Assembly: GCA_963804955.1 (NCBI GenBank)
Contig: CAWDSQ010000001.1
Coordinates: 32,001-96,000, forward strand
From: an uncultured delta proteobacterium
GTDB lineage: Bacteria; Desulfobacterota; WTBG01; CAIYCZ01; CAIRTM01
Direction: 5' to 3'
Length of the DNA: 64,000 bases
Shown: positions 12,272 through 22,862 of the stretch, one piece after another
How positions within the stretch are numbered: the first letter of the stretch is position 1
How the letters are laid out: the number at the start of each line of letters is the position of its first letter
Notes under the pieces: generated by a model
The model's input: the letters and a program-made list of their open reading frames with translations, nothing else
Databases searched by the model: none
What the model was told of the DNA's origin: nothing
Made by a program: the position numbers and the translations under genes

Positions 12272-13674
12272 TCATGGAAGCCGCAAGAGCCTGGGATTTT
12301 CCAATGGCTCAGCAACCAACTGAATATCTTTTAGCATCCAAGTCATTCCATCCTTAAAAACAGAAACCTTCTTCCCCTCGGAGAAGGATCTGGCCTGATA
12401 GTTAACAGGAATTTCGGTGGGATGAAACCCCTTGCGGTATAACTTTATAACCAGCTCGTGGTCAAAATCAAAACGATTATATCGAAAATTCAGTCCATAA
12501 ACACAGTCTCGGTAAAAAACCTTGTACATTGTAAAGGGGTCTTTCATGTTTGACCCTAGTAAAAAGTTTATAATTCCAACAAAAAAGATATGCCCACAAT
12601 TAAAAAAACTAGCAATGATTGGCATATCGTTGAACTTGCGCATCTTCCAATCACCCACATGGCGAGAGCCCAGAACGAACGAGGCACGCCATGAGATCAG
12701 CTCATCAATGAGTACGTCATAGTCGTTAACATCGTATTCGAGATCCGCATCTTGAATAAGAATAATGTCCCCTGTAGCCGCAGCAAAACCCTCGCGGACC
12801 GCATGTCCCTTGCCCTTGGGCTTTTCCTGCCAAATAATGTCAATTTTTTCATGGCCTTCGTATTTTGCCACGAGTTCCCTCGTGCCATCAGTAGAGTTGC
12901 TTTCTACAATTATGACCTGAATATCAACTCCGGTAATATCCTTTGCCAGAACACGATTAATTGCTTCATTAAAGGTGCTAAACTCATTGAACACCGGCAT
13001 GATTACAGAAACCATAGGTCGCTCACGCTTCGCGCCAATCCGTGCGGAAACCACAGCAAGCTGCGATCCATTCTGGTCGGTCTCCGGGTTGCTCAGCCAG
13101 ATTTGATTAAAATTTGAAGCCAGGAGCAATTTGTGAAATGCGCACCAGTCCGGCCAAAATCTTGCAGGCGTTTCACGCATTAAGAGCGATTTACGAAGCC
13201 ACCTGTGATTCCCACCCACCAGCTCAACCAAAAATACTATAGGCTGAGATTCACTCAGTCGCTCTCGCAGCAAGCGCAGTGCTGCAAGGGGATCAACCTG
13301 ATCCAGTAGGTGATCATCCACAATGAAACTGCCACTGCCCCCGGGATACGCAGCAAGCGATCCGAAATCGACAACCTTTAGGCGATCTTCACCGCATACT
13401 TTCTCAAGCAATGCCTGCAATGACTTATTACCGCCCTTAGTGGTAACAAGAGTAACCATATCCTTTGATTGGTTTAGAAGGTTATTTACAAGCGATATGG
13501 ATTTTTTCAAATAGTTCCTGAGCCTGCTTATGCTGCGGAATAAAGTCAATATCTTCTAGTAATCCACAATTCAGTGCAGTGAACAACACGGGTATTATTC
13601 TTTGAAAAAACATACGCTCGATGCTCGCATCTGCACAATGGGCATGGGGCAATATTTTTGGTTTCAGGTATCAT
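12272..13674 (-). CDS. GT2 polyprenol-phosphate glycosyltransferase (DPM1-like) with N-terminal Zn-ribbon/methyltransferase-like domain (frameshifted)
   Basis: C-terminal VSVIMPVFNE, ESNSTDGT, GKGHAV, QDADLEY; upstream frames read MIPETKNIAPCPLC...HCTE/CG from ATG 13674. Confidence 0.8.
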
Positions 13675-13910
13675 CCCTTAACTCCCTGCTCGCCAGGAGC
13701 ATACGTTGTTCGCGCAATTGTAAAAAGATCGCGAAATATTGATATATATCGGCGCAGCCAGCTTCTCTTGTGTCCGATCTTTACACCATTTGAAGAGAAA
13801 ATTATATAAAAAACCGGGGCAAAGATAGCCAATGCACTGAGCTGGTAATTTTGATTGTATGTCTGATAACGATTGCATTGCATTTTCCAATATGTTGGAC
13901 GTAAAAACAA
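13671..13910 (-). pseudogene. Probable 3' remnant of the gene formerly upstream in the sugar operon
   Basis: Stop overlaps the GT2 start (ATGA coupling); GT2-like tail KIGHKRSWLRRYISIFRDLFTI; no intact N-terminus. Confidence 0.35.
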
Positions 13911-14160
13911 ATGCTATTTTTCCGTGAAAGCACGCCTGCTGTTTTTGGTATACCCCCTCGCCCTGTTGTTTTATTCCGACATTTTTATATTGAAGGTACA
14001 TGCCTCTTTTGTTTTTAGAGACCCGGGTTTTTATTGGCGCTGGTACCCAACAAATGCAACTTTCGTTTTTGCTATAATCATAAAATGTATTATGCCTATA
14101 GAGGCGAGGAATTTATAAATCCCAATATGCAATTTGCATGGAACAAGTTTTTTGAAACTT

Positions 14161-14325
14161 TTATTTTTTAGAAACGGAAAGACATGCCATTGCGGGTTCA
14201 GCAGGAGCTGCTCTCTTCCTCACGATACCTCTTTTTTTATGGCGGCATGGCTGATGAGATGCGGGCTCTGTCATTACTGTTTCCTGCCATAGACCTGCTT
14301 GGCGTCTATTCGCTCTATCCTGTGA
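14161..14325 (+). pseudogene. Diverged copy of the 3' end of the 3983-5091 membrane protein gene
   Basis: LFFYGGMADEMRALSLLFPAIDLLGVYSLYPV aligns with FFYAGWADELRALSLMFPAIYLLAVYS at ~4955-5080; clear nucleotide similarity. Confidence 0.75.
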
Positions 14326-14439
14326 GAGCGACCCTGCGGGTTATCAGGAAAAAAATAAACCGGGGCCAAAAGCGGCCGGCTGGTTCACAAGTGCAAAGTG
14401 GTTTTGAAAATCGGCTTGGAGATGGTCATCGTTTGCTGT

Positions 14440-16465
14440 TCATTCCGAAAAGATTTCTTTAATGCTGTCACCTTGCGCTATAAAATACCGGTACCCTGGA
14501 TAGAGCGCCATCATTTCTTTGTTGCGGTCTCCGGAATCCACCACGTAGAGGACCTCGTTGTCCAGAAAAGGAGAATTGGCCATCAAAAGGCAGCCAAAGA
14601 TATGACGTGTAAAAATAATTGCTTTTCCAACCTTCTGATGTTCGACCTCGCGGAGCAGTGGCGGGTTGACTCCCCAATAGTTGCTGCTGTAGACCTTGTA
14701 GAGGGCCGGTACGTTTGACGCCAGGGCGTACAGCGTGCAGAAAACCAGTACGGCCGTTGTGAGCCCATACAGGCGCCTGACAGATACTGCTCTTTTTAGC
14801 ACCATTCTGGTGAGGTGCGGCAGGTTATGAATGCCGCGGGCGGTGAGCAGAATCATGATGCCCGCGGCTTCATACAAAAAGCGGGGGCCGAAGCACCAAT
14901 CTTGAAACCAGTAAAACAGGTAGCCGCCGGCAAGGCAGAGGAAAGAGAAAAACAGCAGACGGTCCCAGCGATTTGTTTTCCCTGATGCAAACAGGATAAA
15001 AACGAATATGAGCGAAGGTATCGGCCACTCGAACAGATACTTGTTCAAACCAACGAAATTGTTCAGGGTATTGCGTATGCCGCGCCCCAGCGTATGGGCC
15101 TCCCCCCAGCCTGCGTGACCAAAACCCGGCAGGTGACCATCGCCGTGGAGCATCTGATACCCGAAAATCAGGGGGCTGCCGTTGGTGAGATAATTAAAGG
15201 CCAGCAACAGAGCTACGAACACCGATGCCGCAAGCGACAGCGCGAGAAACGGCTTTCTGTAGTGCTTGAACTGCCGCCATAAAAGACAGCTGGCGTGGAG
15301 GGCAAACGGCAGCGCAAGAGCCGCCGCCGTCAAGGGACGTATATTGACGATCCAGCCAAGGCAGGCTCCTGCAAGAATTGCAGACAGCGTACTTTTCAGG
15401 CGCACTGTCCGGGCATAAAAAAGCAGGAATACTGTGAACAGGAACAGAGTGGTCACGTGGTTCATGAATTCCGATGACATAAAAAGAATGAACGGAGAGA
15501 AAAGGCTGAGCAACGCAGCCAGTCGCCCGATGGCTTCGCCATAGAACTCCCTGCCCAAAAAGTACAGAAGAACGATTGTAGCAGACCCCAGCAGCGGATT
15601 GATGAACCATGGCGCGCCCGCCAGAACCCCTAGCATCATCAGGAATGAGTGCCCCGGCGGATATTGAGAGTACCATCGGCCATTGTTGATGATATTATCG
15701 TAGTAGAAAAAATCTGAGAGCGGCGGAGACGGGGCTGTCAGGTGACCTGCGGCGAAATATTTTTCCGTGGAACACCTGTGCGACGCTGTCCTGAATATGG
15801 GGGATATGGTCAAAGGCAAACAAGGATACCATGTTTGTCAAAATGAACTCTGTCAGAAAAACAGCCATCAGAAACCACGGCAGCGGTGAGGCGAAAACGA
15901 AATCCCGCAGGCGACGCCAAACGTTCAGATCGATGATATAGGCCGAGATGCCGATAAAGAAAAAGACGATGCCGTAGAGGCCAAGAGTCAGGTAGAGCGC
16001 TGCAGAGCGAACAAACAGCGGCGCGGGGTATCGTTTTTCCTCGAGAAAAAACCCCGAGAAAAAGCTGATCAGGAAGCATAACAGTGTCAGCGATGCAGCC
16101 CACAACGCGGGTTTGTTTTTAAAGAGAGCAGCAACCGCTTCTCTTGCGCCCCGAAACAGGCATGCCACCGCCGGAAGCACCACGAGCGAGAGGACGATAA
16201 AATATTCCCAGGGTATGCGCAGGTGGCCCGTGAAAAGAACATGACGGAATTCAACAAAACTTTCAGGGCCGGAATGCAGGGGGATATAACACATGTGCCA
16301 TGGCTCGCAGCGCCTGAACATCGCCGCCAGAACCAATGCTCCCAGCACTCCCAGGATGCTTTTTAAGGGGAACTTAAAAGGTCGGGTACAACTAAACACG
16401 TGATTGATTCCAAATAGTGATAAACCTGTTAGAATTAATTTTACTGCATTAATACAACTTTTCAA
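14440..16465 (-). CDS. ArnT/PMT-family (GT-C) glycosyltransferase (frameshift near 15750)
   Basis: PHIQD, SQYPPG, SPFILFMS..MNH, FGPRFLYE; many TM helices. Confidence 0.8.
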
Positions 16466-16722
16466 TAGAAGTGGGCGGCAGAGGCCGGATACACATAATC
16501 ATTTCATGAAACCCATTTACCTGAGTCTGTAGACCCTTACAACGAGAGATGTTTGGCTCAAGGGTAACATGTATCGAATTTTTCGTCCATTGTCTGATCA
16601 GCCACAAGCGCGACGGATCCCGCAGCCACTGATTTGGGACAGCTGCGGCACCGGCTTATTTATGCCGCACATTGCAAGTGCGGCGGCCGCGACAGTATGC
16701 GGAGTTTTGTATATTTACTCCT

Positions 16723-16893
16723 TTAGAGCTCAGCCATGAGCCGATGCAGCAACTTCAGGTACAGGCGGAGACCGACCGGCTGATACAGATCCACCGTGTG
16801 TCCCCGCTCGGCAATTACACCGAACAGGCAGGCAATTCCATAGTTGATCCCTCGTTCAAGATTGACGGTCGGATAGATAAAAAATATGTCCAT
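16723..16893 (-). pseudogene. N-terminal fragment of a B12-binding radical SAM protein
   Basis: Translates MDIFFIYPTVNLERGINYGIACLFGVIAERGHTVDLY, then stops after 56 aa. Confidence 0.5.
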
Positions 16894-17212
16894 GTGACGC
16901 GGCGGCTCTCTGAACCGGGCACGGCATTAACAAGATGCATTTTTGGATGGGCTGACTATAAAACGAAGGCGACTGTGAGTCAAGGCAAATGCAGGTATAC
17001 GAGGTGCAGCAGCTGTTTTGAGGGCAGTCTGAGCGGAGGCTAAAGGAGGTTATCTGCACCGAGCGGGTTGTTTCGTTGTACCCCTTTCACCCTAAAGCTC
17101 GCATTAAATACTATTTATCAAGGGAGTAGTTCAGATCATGTGGCGGCACGGCATGCTGTGTTCCGGTTGTCACAAAGTGCGGGAAGTTTTTATCGCAAGC
17201 GAAAATAAGTAA

Positions 17213-17241
17213 TTGACATGAAATATTAAAACATATACGTT
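17213..17241 (+). promoter_or_regulatory. Candidate sigma70 promoter of the por-bfu operon
   Basis: TTGACA-17 bp-TACGTT upstream of porC. Confidence 0.45.
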
Positions 17242-17276
17242 GCAAGAAAAATCTGCTAAAACCGGGGGCATATTTC

Positions 17277-17825
17277 ATGATTGAAATAAGATTGCACGGG
17301 CGGGGCGGGGCAGGCGCGGTGACATCGGCGGAGCTGATGGCCATTACAGCCATTAATCTGGGAAAATATGCCCAGGCATTTCCGAGCTTCGGCCCCGAGC
17401 GCCGGGGCGCGCCGGTCGTGGCCTTCTGCCGCATCGATGACAAGCAGATAAAACTGCGCACCAATATCAATAAGCCAAATATCGTTCTGGTTCTTGATCC
17501 CTCCCTTCTTACTATCGTCAATGTAGTGGCAGGACTCAGGCAGGGGGGCATGCTGGTCATAAACAGCCGGCACTCCTGTGAGGACATACGCAAAGAGTTC
17601 GGCTTCACGTGCAGCATTGCCGCGGTGGACGCCACAAAAATCGCCCGCGAGGCAACGGGCCTTCCCATCACCAATGTCGCCATGCTGGGCGCGCTGCTGA
17701 AAGCCCGTGAAATTTTTGCGCCCGACGCCCTGACCGGCCCGGTCAACAAGCGGTTCGGCCGTATTGCCGAAAAAAATCTCATAGCCTTTCATCGCGCTTT
17801 TGCAGAAACCAGCGTCTTAACTTAA
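17277..17825 (+). CDS. porC: Pyruvate/2-oxoacid:ferredoxin oxidoreductase gamma subunit
   Basis: EIRLHGRGGAGAVT, FPSFGPERRGAPV, ITNVAMLGA. Confidence 0.92.
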   Translation: MIEIRLHGRGGAGAVTSAELMAITAINLGKYAQAFPSFGPERRGAPVVAFCRIDDKQIKLRTNINKPNIVLVLDPSLLTIVNVVAGLRQGGMLVINSRHSCEDIRKEFGFTCSIAAVDATKIAREATGLPITNVAMLGALLKAREIFAPDALTGPVNKRFGRIAEKNLIAFHRAFAETSVLT

Positions 17826-17848
17826 TAGACAGCAGGAAGGAGACAGCT

Positions 17849-18151
17849 TTGGCAAAAACACCAAAGTCTGAACTGGAACTTACCTGGAAAGACCTTGAAG
17901 TGGGTTGCGTGATCAGCAATCCCGGCAATGCCTGCCAGTATAAAACCGGCGATTGGCGCTCAATGAAGCCGGTAGTCGACAAAACACACTGCATCCGCTG
18001 CGGCGTATGCTATATCTTCTGCCCCGACATGGCGGTTCACAAGACCGATGACGGGTATTTTGAGGCTGACCTCTACTATTGCAAGGGATGCGGCATCTGC
18101 GCCCGCGAGTGTTTTACCGGCTGCATAACCATGATACCGGAGGTGGAATAA
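17849..18151 (+). CDS. porD: POR delta subunit, 2x[4Fe-4S]
   Basis: TGDWRS.KP, CIRCGVCYIFCPD, YCKGCGICAREC. Confidence 0.92.
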   Translation: MAKTPKSELELTWKDLEVGCVISNPGNACQYKTGDWRSMKPVVDKTHCIRCGVCYIFCPDMAVHKTDDGYFEADLYYCKGCGICARECFTGCITMIPEVE

Positions 18152-19329
18152 TGGGGGAGAGAGTAGGCATTGAAGTTTCGATTGCCGCAGCCGAAGCCGT
18201 GAAGATGGCCAATGTTGATGTGATTGCAGCCTACCCCATAACTCCGCAGACCCACATCGTGGAGCACCTGGCGGAGGTCGTGGCCGATGGCGAACTGGAT
18301 GCCGAGTTCATTCCTGTCGAGAGCGAGCATTCTGCCATGAGCGTGTGCTGCGGCTCATCGGCAGTGGGCGCCAGGACATTTACCTGCACAAGCTCCCAGG
18401 GCCTTGCCCTGATGAACGAGATAGTTTTTATCACGGCCTCGATGCGGCTGCCGGTGGTCATGGTGCTTGCCAACCGGTCGCTCTCGGGCCCCTTAAGCAT
18501 CTGGAACGATCACTCCGATGTCATGTCCATCCGCGATTGCGGCTGGGTTCAGGTTTTTGTGGAAAACGGCCAGGAGGTGTTCGACCATATCATGTTCGCT
18601 TTCCGCGTTGCCGAAAGCCAGAATGTTTCCCTGCCCGTAATCGTCAATCTCGACGGGTTCATCCTCACCCATGTGATTGAGCCTGTTGAGTTCTGGGACA
18701 GTGAAACCGTCAAGAAATACCTTCCCCCTTTCAAGCCCGTAAACCGCCTGCACCCGGACAACCCGGTCACCATGGGCGCCTTCGGCATGCCCGGCATTTA
18801 TACCGAAACCCGAAAGGCGCAGGACAGCGCCCTCATAGAGGCAAAGCCGGAAATTCTGAAAGCCTGGCAGGAGATGGCGGATCTCACGGGCAGGCACTAC
18901 AAGCCTGTTGAGTCCTATCACGCCGAAGGGGCAGAAACCCTGTTTCTTACCATGGGCAGCATCGGCGAAACCGTGTCCGTTGCCGTTGACGAGCTGCGGG
19001 CCGAAGGTAAATCAGTCGGCCAGCTGAGCCTGCGGCTGTGGCGGCCCTTTCCCTTTGAAGAGTTCCGGCAGGCGGCAGCCGGCGCTAAAAGAATCATTGT
19101 TCTTGACCGCGCGGTTTCCATGGGCGGCCAGGGCGGCCCCGTGGCAACGGAAATACGCTCGGTGCTGTACAAGGAGAAGAACATGCCCGTGGTCACCAAT
19201 TTCCTGTGCGGTTTTGCCGGCCGGGATGTCACGGTTGAGGATTACAAGGCCATGTTTGAAAAGGCGACAAAGATGTCAAAGCGCAGGGTGCGCGAAGAAG
19301 ACTATATCATATACGGGGTGAGAGAATAG
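18151..19329 (+). CDS. porA: POR alpha subunit
   Basis: AAYPITPQTHIVE, VESEHSA, TSSQGL, ANRSLSGPLSIWNDH. Confidence 0.93.
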   Translation: MGERVGIEVSIAAAEAVKMANVDVIAAYPITPQTHIVEHLAEVVADGELDAEFIPVESEHSAMSVCCGSSAVGARTFTCTSSQGLALMNEIVFITASMRLPVVMVLANRSLSGPLSIWNDHSDVMSIRDCGWVQVFVENGQEVFDHIMFAFRVAESQNVSLPVIVNLDGFILTHVIEPVEFWDSETVKKYLPPFKPVNRLHPDNPVTMGAFGMPGIYTETRKAQDSALIEAKPEILKAWQEMADLTGRHYKPVESYHAEGAETLFLTMGSIGETVSVAVDELRAEGKSVGQLSLRLWRPFPFEEFRQAAAGAKRIIVLDRAVSMGGQGGPVATEIRSVLYKEKNMPVVTNFLCGFAGRDVTVEDYKAMFEKATKMSKRRVREEDYIIYGVRE

Positions 19330-20267
19330 TGGAACAGCTCAATGTCTACGCGTCACGCCTGATTTCCAAAAAAGAATACTTTTGCGCCGGGCCACCGGGC
19401 CTGCCAGGGATGCGCCGAGGCCCTTGCCGTGCGCAATGTGGCAAAGGCCCTGGGCAGCAATGTGGTTGTTGCAAGCGCTACAGGCTGCATGGAGATCATC
19501 TCCTCGCCCCTGCCGTTTACCAACTGGCGGGTTCCCTGGATACATGTGGCCTTTGAAAATGCCGCCGCGGTAATATCCGGGGCCGAGGCAGGCACCAAGG
19601 CGCTGGTGCGCAAGGGAATGCTTCCCGATATCAAAACGGTATTTCTCGGCATGGGCGGCGACGGCGCCACCAGCGATATCGGGCTGCAGGCCCTGTCGGG
19701 CGCTTTTGAGCGGCGGCATAATTTCGTCTATGTCTGCTATGACAATGAAGCATACATGAACACGGGCATTCAGCGCTCATCGGCCACGCCCTTCGGCGCG
19801 TCAACCACCACGTCGCCGGCGGGCAAGGTCAAGAAGGGCCAGTTTACCTGGAAAAAGAACATGCCCGAAATCGCCGTCGCCCACAATGTTCCCTATGTGG
19901 CCACGGCCTGCTCAAGCTACCCTTTTGATCTTATCGAAAAAGTGCAGAAGGCGCGCAAGAATGGAAGGGCCCGGCCTATGTGCATATTCTTTCCATTTGC
20001 CCCACAGGCTGGCGCATCCCGCCGGACCGCGCCATCTGGATCGGCCGGCTTGCCGTTGAGACCGGGGTGTTCCCCCTGTATGAAGTGGTCAACGGCAAAT
20101 ACCGCATAACACATGAACTGCCCGAGCGCCGGCCCGTTGAGGAATATCTCAAGGCCCAGGGAAGATTCCGGCACCTGACCCCTGATATGATAGAACGGAT
20201 TCAAAAGCGGGTAGACAAAGAATACAAAAGGCTCAAAACAAAAGAAATCCTTGAAGAAATATGGTGA
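19329..20267 (+). CDS. porB: POR beta subunit, TPP-binding (frameshifted)
   Basis: GH.ACQGC (after indel), [29 protein letters not shown]. Confidence 0.92.
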
Positions 20268-20753
20268 GGCAGAGCATGCAGGCAAAGATACTGGAGATCA
20301 TTTCCCGCTACGGCTCGGACAAAGGCTTCCTGGTTCCCATACTGCAGGATGTGCAGAAGGAGTTGAATTACCTGCCCGAAGACGCGCTGGTCATGGTGAG
20401 CACGCTTCTGGAGATTCCCGTCAGCCGCATCTTCGAGGTTGCGACCTTTTACAAGGCCTTCAGCCTTACCCCGCGAGGCCGTCATCAGCTGAGCCTGTGT
20501 CTGGGCACGGCCTGCCATGTGCGCGGCGCGCCCCTTATTTCGGGCCATATCGAGCGGGCGCTGGGCATCAGCGCAGGAGAGACATCACCCGATCTTGAGT
20601 TCACTTTTGAGACGGTCAACTGCCTCGGGGCCTGCGCCCTCGGGCCCGGTTATGGTGGTTGACGGCGACTATCACGGCCAGCTCACCATAGCAAAAACCA
20701 ATGCGATCCTGCGGGATCTTGGCAGGAAGGTGCCCTCTGATGAAGAAGCTTAA
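20261..20753 (+). CDS. NuoE/HydC/BfuC-like [2Fe-2S] subunit (frameshift near 20648)
   Basis: ATFYKAF, CLGTACHVRG, NCLGACALGP. Confidence 0.9.
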
Positions 20754-22607
20754 ATCACCCGGTGAGCTTGCAGCCCTGCAGGAGGAAATCCGCAAGGGGC
20801 GCGACCCGAACAAACCCTGCATCACCATCTGCGCGGGCACGGGCTGCCTTGCCTACGGCACGCAGAAGATTATCGAATGCTTCAGGCAGGAGATTGAAAA
20901 GCAGCAGCTGCAGGACAAGGTGCAGCTGCGCACCAGCGGCTGTCACGGTTTCTGCGAGCGCGGACCCATGGTGGTCATCCACCCGCAGAAGATTTTCTAC
21001 CAGCGAATCAAAGCCGAGGATGTTCCCGATATTATCACAAAGACCGTTCTTGCCGGCGAGATCATCGACCGCCTGGCCTATGTCGACCCCGCCACAAAGC
21101 AGAAGATCGTCTATGAGCATGACGTGCCTTTCTATAAGCTCCAGACGCGCTATGTGCTGGGCATGAACGGCGATATCGACCCGGCAAGCTCTTGACGACT
21201 ACCTTGCCATCGGCGGGTACAGCGGCCTTGCCAAGGCCCTCTCCGGCATGAAGCCCGAGGCCGTTATCGAGGAGGTGAAAAAGGCCAATCTTCGCGGCCG
21301 CGGCGGCGGCGGTTTTCCGGCCGGCTGGAAGTGGGACTCCACCCGCAAGGCGGCGGGTGAGCCCAAGTACGTTATCTGTAATGCCGATGAGGGCGACCCC
21401 GGCGCCTATATGGACAGAAGCCTGCTTGAGGGCAATCCGCATCTGGTGCTTGAGGGCATGATTATCGGCGCCTATGCCATCGGCTCAAGCAGGGCTACAT
21501 CTACGTGCGCAATGAATATCCCGCTGGCCGTGCACAATGTCACCCTTGCGATTGAAAAGGCGCGGGAGGCCGGGCTTCTGGGTGAAAATATTCTGGGCTC
21601 CGGGTTCAGCTTCGATATCAAGATCAACCGCGGCGGCGGGGCTTTTGTGTGCGGCGAATCATCGGCCCTGTTTGCCTCCATCGAAGGCCGCAGCGGCGAG
21701 CCCCGGGCAAAATATGTGCATGCAACCGACCAGGGCCTTTACAACAAGCCCACCAACCTCAACAATGTTGAGACCTGGGGCAATGTGCCCCTCATCATCA
21801 ACCGGGGCGCAGACTGGTACGCAAGCATCGGCACCGCAGAACAGCACGGGAACGAAAATATTTTCGCTGGTCGGCAAGATCAACAATACGGGCCTGGTGG
21901 AAGTGCCCATGGGCATTACGCTGCGGGAGATCGTCTATGACATCGGCGGCGGCATCCCCAAAGGCCGCAAATTCAAGGCCGTGCAGACCGGCGGCCCTTC
22001 GGGCGGCTGCATCCCCGAGCAGTTTCTCGACATGCCCGTTGATTTCGACGAGCTGACCAAGATCGGCTCCATGATGGGCTCGGGCGGCATGATCGTCATG
22101 GATGACCGCACCTGCATGGTCGACGTGGCAAAGTATTTTCTGAAATTTCTCGAGGAAGAGTCCTGCGGCAAGTGCACGCCCTGCCGCGAAGGCGTCCTGC
22201 AGATGCGCCTTATACTTGACCGCATCTGCGAGGGCCAGGGAAAGGAAGAAGACATCGACACCCTTGAGTGGATGGGCCAGGCGATCAATGACGGCTCCCT
22301 GTGCGCCCTGGGCGGCTCAGCGCCCAATCCCGTGCTCACCACCATCAAGTATTTCCGCAATGAGTACGAGGCGCATATAAAAGATAAAAAGTGCCCGGCA
22401 GGCGTGTGCAAGGCCCTCATCACCTACAGCGTGGATCCGGTAACATGCACGGGCTGTCATGCCTGCGCCCGGGTGTGCCCCACGCAGGCGGCAACAGGCG
22501 AGAAAAAGCAGACCCACACGATCAGCCTTGAAAAGTGCATTAAGTGCGGCGCCTGCTATGAGGCCTGCAAGTTTGATGCGATAGTGGTACAGTTAGGGCA
22601 GGGTTAA
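20740..22607 (+). CDS. NuoF/HydB/BfuB-like FMN/NADH subunit with N-terminal [2Fe-2S] and C-terminal 2x[4Fe-4S] domains (frameshifted)
   Basis: [94 protein letters not shown]. Confidence 0.92.
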
Positions 22608-22830
22608 AGTTCAGTGTTAGGTTGCAAGGTTTAAAGTTTGAAGTTAAAGTCCAAGGTTAAGAGTTCAGGGTTCGGGGTTCAGTTTTTGTGGGTTGGGTTA
22701 AGCCCGGATAAAACCTTTGTTTTTGAATAAGTTCATAAAAAGCCGTCACCCCGGTGAAAACCGGGGTCCAGAATAAATGCCTGATTCGTTAAAGGCTCTG
22801 GATACGCGAAGCATGTCCGCCGGTATGACG
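22607..22830. repeat. Heptamer tandem run followed by REP-like palindromes
   Basis: AAGTTCA/AGGTTTA/GGGTTCA-like 7-mers at 22607-22685; GTCACCCCGGTGAAAACCGGGGTCCAG...CTGGAT...CCGGTATGAC at ~22746-22830. Confidence 0.6.
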
Positions 22831-22862
22831 AAAACGACACAACGACTGAAAAGGATGCTGCG

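Noticed and set aside
22607..22685. CRISPR array
   Set aside because: These are degenerate 7-mer tandems without a repeat-spacer period, and no cas genes are in the window.
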